Below are positions 53,426 through 64,000 of a stretch of DNA of 64,000 bases, piece by piece. The translations under genes were made by a program, and so were the position numbers. Below the pieces are notes generated by a model, which worked only from the letters and a program-made list of their open reading frames with translations, made no database searches and was not told the origin of the DNA. This stretch comes from Ptychomitrium polyphyllum (lineage: Eukaryota), in NCBI GenBank assembly GCA_973851085.1, contig OZ316776.1, positions 806,001 to 870,000 on the forward strand, written 5' to 3'. The stretch's first letter is position 1, and every line of letters begins with the position of its first letter.

Positions 53426-55052
53426 ATGGCGATGGCTATGGGAATGGTGATCATGCTAGCTTTGGTATCTGCACATGGAGCTGTTGCAACAATTTCCAGG
53501 CCAGATCCTTCCGACTCGCCGGCTATGGCTAGGTGGCTTGTCTCGCAGAGTGATTGGGGTGTTCTTAGGTATGCCGAATCTTTCTGTATACCCTGAAGCA
53601 CTTGAAAATGGTGGTGTCGAGCGTGAAGAGCGAGTGTGAATTTTCATCTATTTGTCATGGCCTAGACTGTCATTACTTCTTGGCTGAGAAAGCTCTATGA
53701 GTTAGGACTCCGCTACTTTATGTTTATTCCTTGTGTCTCTATGTGCAGATTGAAGTCCTCCTTTTGGCGTTTTTGTCAGTTTTCACCGTTTTCTAATTTG
53801 GTTTGGAGATGGGTGTTTTGCGGTTCTGTCGAGTTGTTGGGAGGGTCATAGAAGCAAGGTTTAGGGTGATTTTTATGGCGGATACAGTGGCGTGAAAAAC
53901 CCTATTGACCAGAATGCGGTTTCCAGAGTGGTCTTTGTAGTCGACTTACGAGTGGTTTTAACGTGGTGTTCTGTTTTGTCGTGGATCCTTGCAGCACTAT
54001 CTCCATACACTTGAAAGGCATGCCTTGGGGGTGAGTCCAACATCATCTCGTAAGAGAGTTTTGCTTGGTTTTGCAGCAAATTCCGAGGATCTGTTCGGTC
54101 GTGGTTTTGCCCAACCAAATTCGTTTCTTCAAAGCGTTGGGGATTTCATGCAATTTACCTTAGGGTTAGCTGGAGTGCCTGTTTGAACATGGCACTTACA
54201 GCATCAAATTTGTAACCCTATGTATATAATTATGGAGGACATAATTCTGTGATTCTGCTATTGTGAAGGTGAGCACCCATGTTGAAAGTTATGGTATCTT
54301 GATTGCAGGAACGTGGCCTCTTTCAGTGATGGCTCGGTGGGCAGTTCATGTGGAACTCCTTACTTTTATCTATCCAAGATGGACCCTACTCCAAATGACA
54401 TAGAATCAGACCCTCGTTGCTCATTGTCCTTGAGTGAGGCGCCTTTGGGTAGCTGTGGTGGCGTTGACACTGAAAATCCAACTTGTGCTCGCCTGACCCT
54501 TTCTGGAAAGGTAATTCTGTATTGCACTCTATGAACAAATTCTCGTCTTCATTTCAGTTTCAGCATCAAAGAATACAGAATCCTTTAAATCTCCACTTCA
54601 AGTCAGTCTAGCATAGAAACAGCCCATTCGTTGTTTTATAGGCCAAAGCGAAGGCAACTCTAACACAAGCTTTTCTCAAAAATCAGATGAAGGAGGTAAC
54701 GGACAAGGAAGAACTTGACTTTGCAGCACTAGCGTTGTTTTCTAAGCATCCCGAAATGCCAGGCAAGTCTTCACTATAGCAATGTTGAGCAAACTTAGAG
54801 CTTGAACATTCTGAATTACCCTGTAGTTGGTGTGTTGTCATCATTGTGAGTGGATGTGATAAATCTGGCTTAAATAGCATTTGGCTTAGCTGATATGCTT
54901 GCGAGCGTGCAGACTGGCCGAAGGGGCACAAATGGGTTTTCTACAAGCTTGAAATTGTAGATATTTTCCTCATTGACTACTACGGTGGCGCAAAGCCAAT
55001 AACCGTGGATGAGTATTACCGGGGTTCTGTCCAAGCTGCTTTCGTTCGCTAA
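53426..55052 (+). CDS. CREG1-like secreted/vacuolar protein (split-barrel, PNPOx-like fold)
   Basis: Exons 53426-53568, 53995-54030, 54309-54510, 54687-54762, 54913-55052 (possible alternative last exon 55153-55175). Signal peptide, ARWLVSQSDWGVLSTIS, GTPYFYLS, DTENPTCARLTLSG, HPEMPDWP, IDYYGGA. Confidence 0.9.
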
Positions 55053-56242
55053 TCGGCGAGCACAAGGCTCCTTCCTCCGATAAATATTTGCTGACAATGT
55101 CAAATTGCTAAAGCCGTGAAATTTTCACGCGGTAATGGTTGTTTTCTGGCAGGCTATCTCACGAAATGTAAATAGTGAGCTCCAATGTGAGGATTGCTGT
55201 AGCCTGGTATGGTAGCAAATTGCATTGCAAAATAGCTGAATATCAGGTTTCTAAGGCTCTGCAATGTTCAACGAGTGAATAAGCAGTGAAGTGGCAGCCT
55301 CTGTAAGATTGTGTGTAGTGTGGTTTAGGTAGGGAACTGTTCGCCCTCGTAAGGCACTCTTGTTATTCAAGCTTTCATCAAAATAAAATGACTGTTCCCA
55401 ACGTAACTCTGTTCCGTCGACTGAACTGGCTTAATTCCTTCACTACTCAAAAGTTAATAGCATTAAGATGTGCTACAGAGGGAGCTCAGCTACATACGAG
55501 AGCCCCAACTTGGGTGCACGGACCCTAATTCCCAATGCACTGAGCCTATATCATTCTCAGCCTTTATCTAGACTAATAGAATATGTATCCCGTAAACCAA
55601 GTAAAGTATATATCATTTATGATCAGTCAAACATCTGATGTGGGACTTCTTGAGCATTACAAATCTCAATCCAAATTTTCAGGGGCGAGGGTCCATCTTG
55701 TAGTGGACCCGCATACATGACCTTGATATTGCACAATCTAAGCCTTGGTAGGTACACTCTAACCGGCATAGTTGCTAGCTCCCCTCGTCTATGACCCAAA
55801 ACAAATTTACTAAATTCTAACTGGGAACATTCGCAAGTACTGTTCATTTCTTCTAGCAAGCTAAGACTTAGGATTTGCGAGCTTGAACAAGAGCTGAATC
55901 CCAACTTCCAGGGATCCGTATCCTATCCCCAAAACGAAATCTTCAATTTTGAACGCTCAAATCTGGAGGATTGCTGAACTCGCTCCGCGATATCATTGCT
56001 CAACTAGTCATGATGAGGTCACCTCAATCTTTCGAGCTTCGCATATTTCAAAATACCTATCGTCCATGATACTTGCGGATTTGGATGCGGAATTTTAAAA
56101 ATTCTTGCTTCCAAAGCTCCATCTCAAACCCTTATGGACTCCTACATAAGTTGCTCAGGAAATCATCTCTCACACGACCTCAGTACCCAGTTCACCATTT
56201 GTGTCAACTAGATTCTGGAGCTAGCAAGATAGAAGCGTCAAG

Positions 56243-56941
56243 ATGGAGCCAACACAGATGCGAGTCGTTTTCGTGACCCTCCTGGTGCACTCCGTGTTCC
56301 TGTCCATAATCGCATCGGCGGACGAGTTAGCTTACTTCAACCTGCTTCAACCCGAGTGGCTACAGGACTACTGCGTTGCGGACAGGACCAGCCACATCTG
56401 GGTCGATGGCCACGTGAAATGCAAGAACGCGTCCCACGTCCATGTCTCCGACTTCACGTATCACGGCTTCAACACGCCCGGCGACACCAACAACCCGAAC
56501 GCCGTCGCCGTCACGCCCGTCCTGGTGGCGCAGTTCCCCTCCCTCAACGGCCAGAACATCGGCCTCGCCCGTCACGACTTCGCCAAGGGCGGCGTTGTCG
56601 TGCCCCATTTTCATCCCCGGGCCTCGGAGGTGCTCATCGTGATGCAGGGAGCGGTGTACGTCGGCTTCGTGAACTCCACCAACTATTTGTTCGCCACAAC
56701 CTTGACAGCGGGAGACTTGTTCCTGTTCCCCAAGGGCCTGATCCACTTCCAGATGAATGTCGGCACCACACCAGCCGTGGCGATCGCTGTGTTCAGCAGC
56801 CAGAACCCCGGCGTGCAGCAGGTAGGGCGCTCCATGTTCGGATCCTACCCTCTCATCGACGACGCCGTGCTAATGAAGGCGTTCAAGATCAGCCAGCACA
56901 ACGTCAAGTTTTGTGAAAATAATTTCAACACCACGGCCTGA
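56243..56941 (+). CDS. Germin-like protein (cupin), divergent paralog
   Basis: Intronless; signal peptide, QDYCVAD, box 1 GVVVPHFHPRASE, box 2 GDLFLFPKGLIHFQ, SSQNPG. Confidence 0.95.
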   Translation: MEPTQMRVVFVTLLVHSVFLSIIASADELAYFNLLQPEWLQDYCVADRTSHIWVDGHVKCKNASHVHVSDFTYHGFNTPGDTNNPNAVAVTPVLVAQFPSLNGQNIGLARHDFAKGGVVVPHFHPRASEVLIVMQGAVYVGFVNSTNYLFATTLTAGDLFLFPKGLIHFQMNVGTTPAVAIAVFSSQNPGVQQVGRSMFGSYPLIDDAVLMKAFKISQHNVKFCENNFNTTA

Positions 56942-58259
56942 GTTGGGTGCATGAAGACTGTTGATTAGCACATTATCGTTCGCAAGATGGAAATGCACGG
57001 TTGAGTTTAGTAAGCAGGGTTAACTGATCGAGGTGGGCAGCGGGTAATCGAGTGTCCATTCGGCAGTGAACGGTGACTAATTCAATTTGTAACTAATTGT
57101 GATCAATCAGGTGGTGGCATGTTTATGGGCACTATTGTGTAAGCATGTCATGTTCTGGTTCTGCAGTCTTCTCTTGTGGCCGGAATGAGAGACGAGGATT
57201 CAGGTTCAGCTGACATGCTGATGTGATTCACGTGCACTTGCTTTGTGCTTGGTATTTTTATTTCGTCATAATCTGGCGCAATGAAGTTTTAGAATATAGG
57301 ATTTTTCATCTTCATTTGAGTGATAGTTTTCCACAAGCTGATGAGCCTTTTGAGTTTCATTCCCCGGGTTTTCAGTTTTGATTAAAACAAAGATGTGCAA
57401 GTGGCAGTTGACACTTAGCAGTTTCTTGACTTTTAATCCAGGTTCAGAGCAATTTCTGTCCAACAATGAAAATACGCTAAATTTTAAGTGAAAGATTCGC
57501 AATTCCGCATACGAGTTGCGGTGGCGATTAAGTAGGATCTGCTCGTGTCCTCCTTAGCTTCGAATTCTTAGTGTTCATAAGCTTAATTTAGCGAAGATGT
57601 TGACTATTATTTTGCACCCCATTTGTTCATACTAGATGGATACTGCTCTAACTGTAGGACACTGGAAAATTCATGTTGCAGTTTCCGTTTCTGCGATTTG
57701 ACCTTTGCACAATTCAGCGATGATCTACTTTCCATTCTTCAGATGTCGAATACTCTTTGCACTTCTAAAGTTTCGATATGTTCCGATACAGATATAGAAG
57801 GACTTGCAAATCAGGGGATTTACTACTTACTTGATGTGTAATGAGGGAATACCAAATGTCAAACTAGAGGAGTAGGCAGCCTAAAATCAAACAAGAAATT
57901 TTGTGATGTTCCATTCCGGATTTATTTCCACACCAATCAAAGAAGTAGTGAAATATGCGCTCTAACTCGAAAACTGTGAGAAGTATTTTCAGCTGATCAC
58001 AAATAGGAGCAAGAGAGACTTCTGATATCTTCAGCCATTTTATCAAGCCAGAGTACGGCGAAAAGAATGTACGCACAAAAAATGTCAGCTAATGTTACTA
58101 AATTTTCTACTGTCCAGTGGATAGTCATGGGGAAAATATTAAATCCCAATCTTCGTTCTAGTAAAGTAGGTCCTGGATGTGAGAACAATAGTAGTGAGTT
58201 GTTTCACACAAGTAATAATCAGCACTCCATCCATGTCATAATCTACATAATCATAGCGT

Positions 58260-58922
58260 TCAGGCCTTGAAGTTGCTGCGGATGTGCTGGACGGCGCGCT
58301 GGTTGAGGCCGAACGCCTTCTCCAGCACCACGTCGCGCACGGGAGGGGTGGACGCGAACAGCGCGCGCCCCACCTGCTGCACGCCCGGGTTCTGGCTGCT
58401 CAGCGCCGCGATGGCCACGGCCGGCCCCTTGCCCACGTTGAGCTGGAAGTGCACCAGCGCCCTGGGGAACACGAACACGTCGCCGGCGGACAGCGTCGCC
58501 GCGAACAGCTGGTTGGCCGTGCTGACGAAGCCCACGTACAGCTCGCCCTGCAGCACCGTGAGGATCTCCGTCGCGCGGGGGTGGATGTGGGGCACGTTGA
58601 CGCCGCCCTGGGCGAAGTCGAGGCGCGCCATGGAAATGCCCAGGGTGTTGAGGCCCGGGAGCTGCGCGGCGAAGACGGGCGTGACGGCGTTGGCGGTGGG
58701 GTTGTTGGTGTTGCCGGGCTTGTCAAGGCCGCGGAACAGGAAATCGCTGGCCTTGACGTCGGCGGCGCTCTTGCATATCAGCCCGTTGACGGTGATCCTG
58801 GAGGAGCCGTCGGCAACGCAGAAGTCCTGGATGGGGTCGGCATCGGCGGCCAGAGCAAGCATGGGCAGGAGAGAGGCCTGCACGAGGAGCGCCAGGAAGA
58901 TGATGCGCTTCACCGCCTCCAT
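58260..58922 (-). CDS. Germin-like protein, 220 aa (copy A)
   Basis: Intronless; ADADPIQDFCVAD, GGVNVPHIHPRATE, GDVFVFPRALVHFQ; TATA (CCTATATAAG on -) at ~59110-59119. Confidence 0.96.
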   Translation of the reverse strand: MEAVKRIIFLALLVQASLLPMLALAADADPIQDFCVADGSSRITVNGLICKSAADVKASDFLFRGLDKPGNTNNPTANAVTPVFAAQLPGLNTLGISMARLDFAQGGVNVPHIHPRATEILTVLQGELYVGFVSTANQLFAATLSAGDVFVFPRALVHFQLNVGKGPAVAIAALSSQNPGVQQVGRALFASTPPVRDVVLEKAFGLNQRAVQHIRSNFKA

Positions 58923-60402
58923 CTCAACTGTCAACTTTTGACACTCTCAATCTTCAAATTGTCTCGTGCTGCTTGAAGTAAAGCTGGCTATGATCAAGTG
59001 TTAGTCGTGCTGAAATCCTGAATTGTACGAAGAGGGACTGTGTTGATGGATCTCGATGGATCTGGAGGTGGTGTCGATTAAATTGATCGATAAGTGTGTT
59101 CTAGCGGTGCTTATATAGGATCAAATAGTTGGGAGATGTTACGAAGGCCCCGAGGGATTGTTCGGTGGGCAGTACCCCGACACTGTTTGGGACTGGGATG
59201 GGCTGCGACTGTACACACCGTGGACTATCATATGGTCCACGGTGTGTTTTGGTCTGCACAGGACACGGCAGGAAGGAGTTGACTAGGAAGTACTGCCATG
59301 AAATCCCGGCTAAAGTTTTGGGATTATGATGTAATTACTGTAGGGAATTTCTCCTGTCACTTCACCATGACCTCTCACTTTGTTGTGTGCCAAGGCTTTC
59401 GTTTACTGTAACTTAACGCGTGACCGCTCATAATCTTGTCATTCAGGAATTCTTCTTCACACGTTTAATCTTATCAATGTACTGGTTAGTGCTCATCCAC
59501 AGTACTGTTACAATGTAAATTCTAGGTGGCTCATGGGCACACAATGGGCACGTGACGTCATGGAAATACCAACACCTTATAGCAATATTATCCCAGCTTG
59601 TGTTTGATTTTATATTACTTCCTTTAATCATTAAATGATAAACCTAACTTGCTAAACGAACTTCGCATCTCAAATCGCAGAGTTGCTTCTCCACTTATTA
59701 ACACAGATATGGTATCCAAATAAGAATTTCAGCTCGCCACTGTGCGCTCCTCACTTTCCGTCTTTTTAAGTTTCGACTTCCCCTTCTAAACATGAAACAG
59801 TCCTCTAACATGTCATACAATGCCAGGGCTATTCCACTATTATCTTAGAGCTGAAAATGACATCCAGGATTCCAGGAATCTGCTACGGCCCGAACTGAAG
59901 GAAAGAGAATTGTTGGTTCCATCATGAAATTACAACTGTTAGGCGCATCCAGGTTCCTGGTTTCCCGAACTCGTTTGCAAATAGTGAACTCGGCTCAAAG
60001 TCGTCGTTGACTTGATTTGTTCCAAAGTCGTCGTTTTCAACAGTCGTTTAAAAAGTAATTTATCCAAACGTGTCACCTACACCTGGCCCACACCATCAAA
60101 CCGTGTCGAGCTCGAGAAACCCCCTCGGACGCTTACAGCGTCTAGCCCCCGACGCTGCCTCGTATAAAACCCTCTGTGATCTTCTCATCGCATCATCTCA
60201 TTTCAATCCTTCTTAAGTACAGCTGCAAAGTCATTTCCGAACATCAGGTTATTTCACAGTACGCGAATGATCAGATCCAAAGCTTCAACACTCTGACTTA
60301 ATAAGCTTTCCATCAATCTGGGATTGCAGCGATTCTCATCCGATTACGAAACATACTTACTCGGTATTCACGTAGTTTTCTCGACTGACAGCGACAGTTG
60401 AG

Positions 60403-61065
60403 ATGGAGGCGGTGAAGCGCATCATCTTCCTGGCGCTCCTCGTGCAGGCCTCTCTCCTGCCCATGCTTGCTCTGGCCGCCGATGCCGACCCCATCCAGGA
60501 CTTCTGCGTTGCCGACGGCTCCTCCAGGATCACCGTCAACGGGCTGATATGCAAGAGCGCCGCCGACGTCAAGGCCAGCGATTTCCTGTTCCGCGGCCTT
60601 GACAAGCCCGGCAACACCAACAACCCCACCGCCAACGCCGTCACGCCCGTCTTCGCCGCGCAGCTCCCGGGCCTCAACACCCTGGGCATTTCCATGGCGC
60701 GCCTCGACTTCGCCCAGGGCGGCGTCAACGTGCCCCACATCCACCCCCGCGCGACGGAGATCCTCACGGTGCTGCAGGGCGAGCTGTACGTGGGCTTCGT
60801 CAGCACGGCCAACCAGCTGTTCGCGGCGACGCTGTCCGCCGGCGACGTGTTCGTGTTCCCCAGGGCGCTGGTGCACTTCCAGCTCAACGTGGGCAAGGGG
60901 CCGGCCGTGGCCATCGCGGCGCTGAGCAGCCAGAACCCGGGCGTGCAGCAGGTGGGGCGCGCGCTGTTCGCGTCCACCCCTCCCGTGCGCGACGTGGTGC
61001 TGGAGAAGGCGTTCGGCCTCAACCAGCGCGCCGTCCAGCACATCCGCAGCAACTTCAAGGCCTGA
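60403..61065 (+). CDS. Germin-like protein, 220 aa (copy B, identical to copy A)
   Basis: Same translation as 58260-58922; TATAAAA at ~60163. Confidence 0.96.
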   Translation: MEAVKRIIFLALLVQASLLPMLALAADADPIQDFCVADGSSRITVNGLICKSAADVKASDFLFRGLDKPGNTNNPTANAVTPVFAAQLPGLNTLGISMARLDFAQGGVNVPHIHPRATEILTVLQGELYVGFVSTANQLFAATLSAGDVFVFPRALVHFQLNVGKGPAVAIAALSSQNPGVQQVGRALFASTPPVRDVVLEKAFGLNQRAVQHIRSNFKA

Positions 61066-62329
61066 ACGCTATGAACTTCCACCAACCTTCAGCAGTACCA
61101 GTACATGACGGTTCGGGTGTGGCGAAGCCGCACTTGGCTGACCAACCGATGTACTCAATTTTTGTAACCAGTACTGTACTACTGAAAGGAGATACTAGTC
61201 TAAGTTGAGAACTTTCGGAGCGCGATCCAGCTCGCAGGAGAGACTGTAGGAGACATTGTTTGTTGTTACCAATGAGGTACCATCTGTTTGTGCATACAAT
61301 CTTTCGCCACATTCTCGAGCAATAAATATTTCGAGGAATCGATTTTCAAGCAACTCTGTCTGAGTGATTCTCTTGGTAGCAAAGTGTGTAGATCGAAATT
61401 CAGTTCCGTGTGCAATCTACTTTGACTCGGCTTTGGATTCCTGAAAGAACGATCGTGCATTATATCGACATGCGCATGGGTGGTGCACACGTTTTGTTGT
61501 ACCATTGCCCTGCTGAAGTGTGATGCTTTTCTTGGGAAGTATACTCAACCTCCAGAGCACTTCCCCACATGTCATCCGATGTTAGCTCATTTCTCAAAAG
61601 AGCCTGCATCACCTTCTAACAGAAATGTCGCTAAGGCAACACTGTAGCCCATCATCAATTAGAATCTCAGCCGCGATCATTTCAAGGTATTTCACTGGGT
61701 ACTTGACGATATTCTGAAGCCTTTTCTGACCGATGCTTGCAGGAAGTCATTCGACTGCATGCCCGGTATCATATCGCAACAGCAACTCAAGGTTGAAGGG
61801 GCCAAAACTCATAAAGTAGGCATGATTCAGGAGAATCTTATCTGTGCAGTGCTAAATAACTGCCTTGCATTAGGAAACGCAGTGTTGCCTTAGCAACTCA
61901 TTTCACACCATATATTCTGTATCTTCATGGGCATGCTTGGCAAGACTCGGTTGCTGCTCCATGAGCAGCGACTGTCATACAAGCGTCACCTCAAATCCGA
62001 ATGATTCCAGTTTACTTTTCATGCAGTAACACTCATTTATAACTCGGGACTCGGGAGATGGCTTACTTAGACACCAATTCACCATATCTGAAACTGACCT
62101 TACAGATATGAGGTTCGAAATTGAACTCGTGGAGGTTCTCTTCTGGTGATTTGATGAAGATTTCGAGTGGAGATTTTCCTGAATCTGTGGATACGTTGAG
62201 GTTTAGCATGAGACCATGGATGCGCTTTCTTTGGAGACTTGGATTTAGGGTTGTCTGAAACAAGGTACATAGAGAGTGTGCGGTGTGAATGTGAATTAGA
62301 CTACTTTGACCTTGGAACATTATATTTGT

Positions 62330-64000
62330 TGAATTGGATAATCCTTGTTATTTTCTTAATATAAGTTGCCGTTTCCAAAACAACGGGAGTTGGCTTTTGA
62401 ATACATGGACAATTCTTTGGTGCCAAATTTTGCCATTGCTAATTTATTGTCTTTCCTATACTTTATTCATTTATTTAGTGATTTGTGAATTGATTAGTAT
62501 TAAAATGAGAATCAAAGTTATTCAACTCAACATTTGTCATAATAGTCACAGCTATTATAGCTATTTATCATACAACTCCCTTCTCACAACTAGATTAATA
62601 TATTCTTTGAATAGTCATAGAATTTTAATGGATATTCAAGTGTATTTGAAAAACATTCATCATGTTTGTCATATGTTTTGTTATGTTTATCACATTCATT
62701 ACAACCGTCATATATGATTTCATTGAGAAATTAAGAGTGTATATTAACTTTTTTAGAATGTAAAGTAGAAATTCTTTTTATTCAATCAAGCATAGTTTTT
62801 ATTAATGAAAGGACAACTTAAATAGTAATATTCAAATATCATTATCAAGTGCAAATTTGTCCTTATGACTTTATAAATTTTATATTTTAAAGCTTTTTAA
62901 TAAATAATAATATGTATTATATTTTACCAACAAAATTATTTAAAATTTTTGTGAGTAGATATAATTGTTTCAAAATATTATTGAAAAAATAATTTGAAAA
63001 AGTATCACACAATTTTCAAATTAAAATGAGTGAGCTAATGTCAAATCTGTGCATTATGATGTTAATATCAAAATAAAATACTATTAAACATTAGAAATCA
63101 ATACTTTTACAACTTACTTCTAAAAAAAATATCTTTTCAATTGTGAAATTAACAACTTAAAAGTGCAACAAGTTGTTCAATTTTTAATATTTTGGAAAAT
63201 CAAAGTTACAAAATAGAAATTCAATTCAATAAACTTTTATTAAATCAAAATCATTCAATTTAATTTCTGTATAAAATTTTTATGACAATCACAATTTTCA
63301 ATTTTCAAGATTGTATTTTTATATTTTTCTACCATTCAATGTTTGAAATTTGCAATGAAATTTAATACCAAACTGCAAGTTATTTTCTGTATCTTTTTTA
63401 GTTTATTTTTTTTTTTTAATATTTTGGTTGAAGCTAAAAATGAATTACGAATGGAATACATACTTTAATGAAATCAGAGATCTGAACTTTTAAGTATCTT
63501 GTTTTATTCTAATTCTAATAACTTTATCTATAAAATTTTAACTATTCTAATATATTTATACGTCATAAATTGAATGAAACTTTATTATTTCCAATATGAA
63601 AATCAATTGCTTATGTTAATATTCGATTTCATTTTCAAATTCAATGATATCAAATACATAGAATCTTTTATAATTAATATGAGTTCTTTTTGTCATTATA
63701 GATGCAAAAGTTTGTGTAAATATAACTTTCTTTTGTTTTATAAAAAATATAAAAAGCCAATATATAAAATCTTGCAATATATAATTTATTAATACATCAA
63801 AATTTTGATTGCCAAAATGCATATAAAGATGAATTTAAAAATTTTTAATAATAAATTACACTTTCTAGAAATTAAATTACAATTATGTTAGAAATGTGTG
63901 GCTAAATATAACCTTTGAACAAATCCTAGAAGAACATATAAAGTATTTGAACTCTTAAGGTTATTTATATTTAAAAAAGAATTTGTAAAATTCAATTTTT
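62330..64000. other. Very AT-rich, CpG-poor tract, probably decayed repeat DNA
   Basis: Abrupt compositional shift; only low-complexity spurious ORFs. Confidence 0.5.

Larger units (their letters stand above)
58251..61074. repeat. Inverted repeat with 682-bp arms (58251-58932 and 60393-61074) around a 1460-bp unique spacer
   Basis: Arms read as exact reverse complements by eye; all overlapping ORF-track translations of the two arms are identical. Confidence 0.93.

Noticed and set aside
56356..61085. Long antisense and alternate-frame ORFs over the germin genes
   Set aside because: Shadow ORFs caused by extreme GC3 codon bias.
61500..62320. Possible decayed minus-strand gene
   Set aside because: Short open stretches with stops and no recognisable family; cannot be supported without a search.

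Overview
Gene-dense eukaryotic nuclear DNA from a moss (bryophyte). The call rests on short GT-AG introns, a moss-type ALDH21A1 and a moss-type MFT with an extended loop; no prokaryotic features or CRISPR arrays are present. Intact genes in order: 3' end of an AHK5/CKI2-like hybrid histidine kinase (+); tRNA-Asp and tRNA-Gly only 3 nt apart (-); SNM1B/Apollo-like nuclease (-); MFT (+); ALDH21A1 (+); TAF7 (-, with a U12-type AT-AC intron); RPB10 (+); a carbonyl-reductase-type SDR (-); EXECUTER (+); HINT3 with a PTS2 signal (+); tRNA-iMet (-); CREG (+); three intronless germin-like genes, two of them an apparently identical 682-bp inverted pair whose identity stops at the CDS edges. Accessory DNA: two diverged copies of a ~2-2.5 kb module carrying an intronless kinase pseudogene (18.2-20.8 kb and 28.3-30.2 kb), the first inside a 5.4-kb block bracketed by ~100-bp direct repeats; a frameshifted M6-peptidase-like fragment; a 31-bp minisatellite; AT-rich decayed tracts. 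Most notable: the probable dicistronic tRNA, the CDS-limited inverted germin duplication around two unrelated promoters, and the repeated kinase module. Exon boundaries were read by eye and family names come from recalled motifs, not database searches.
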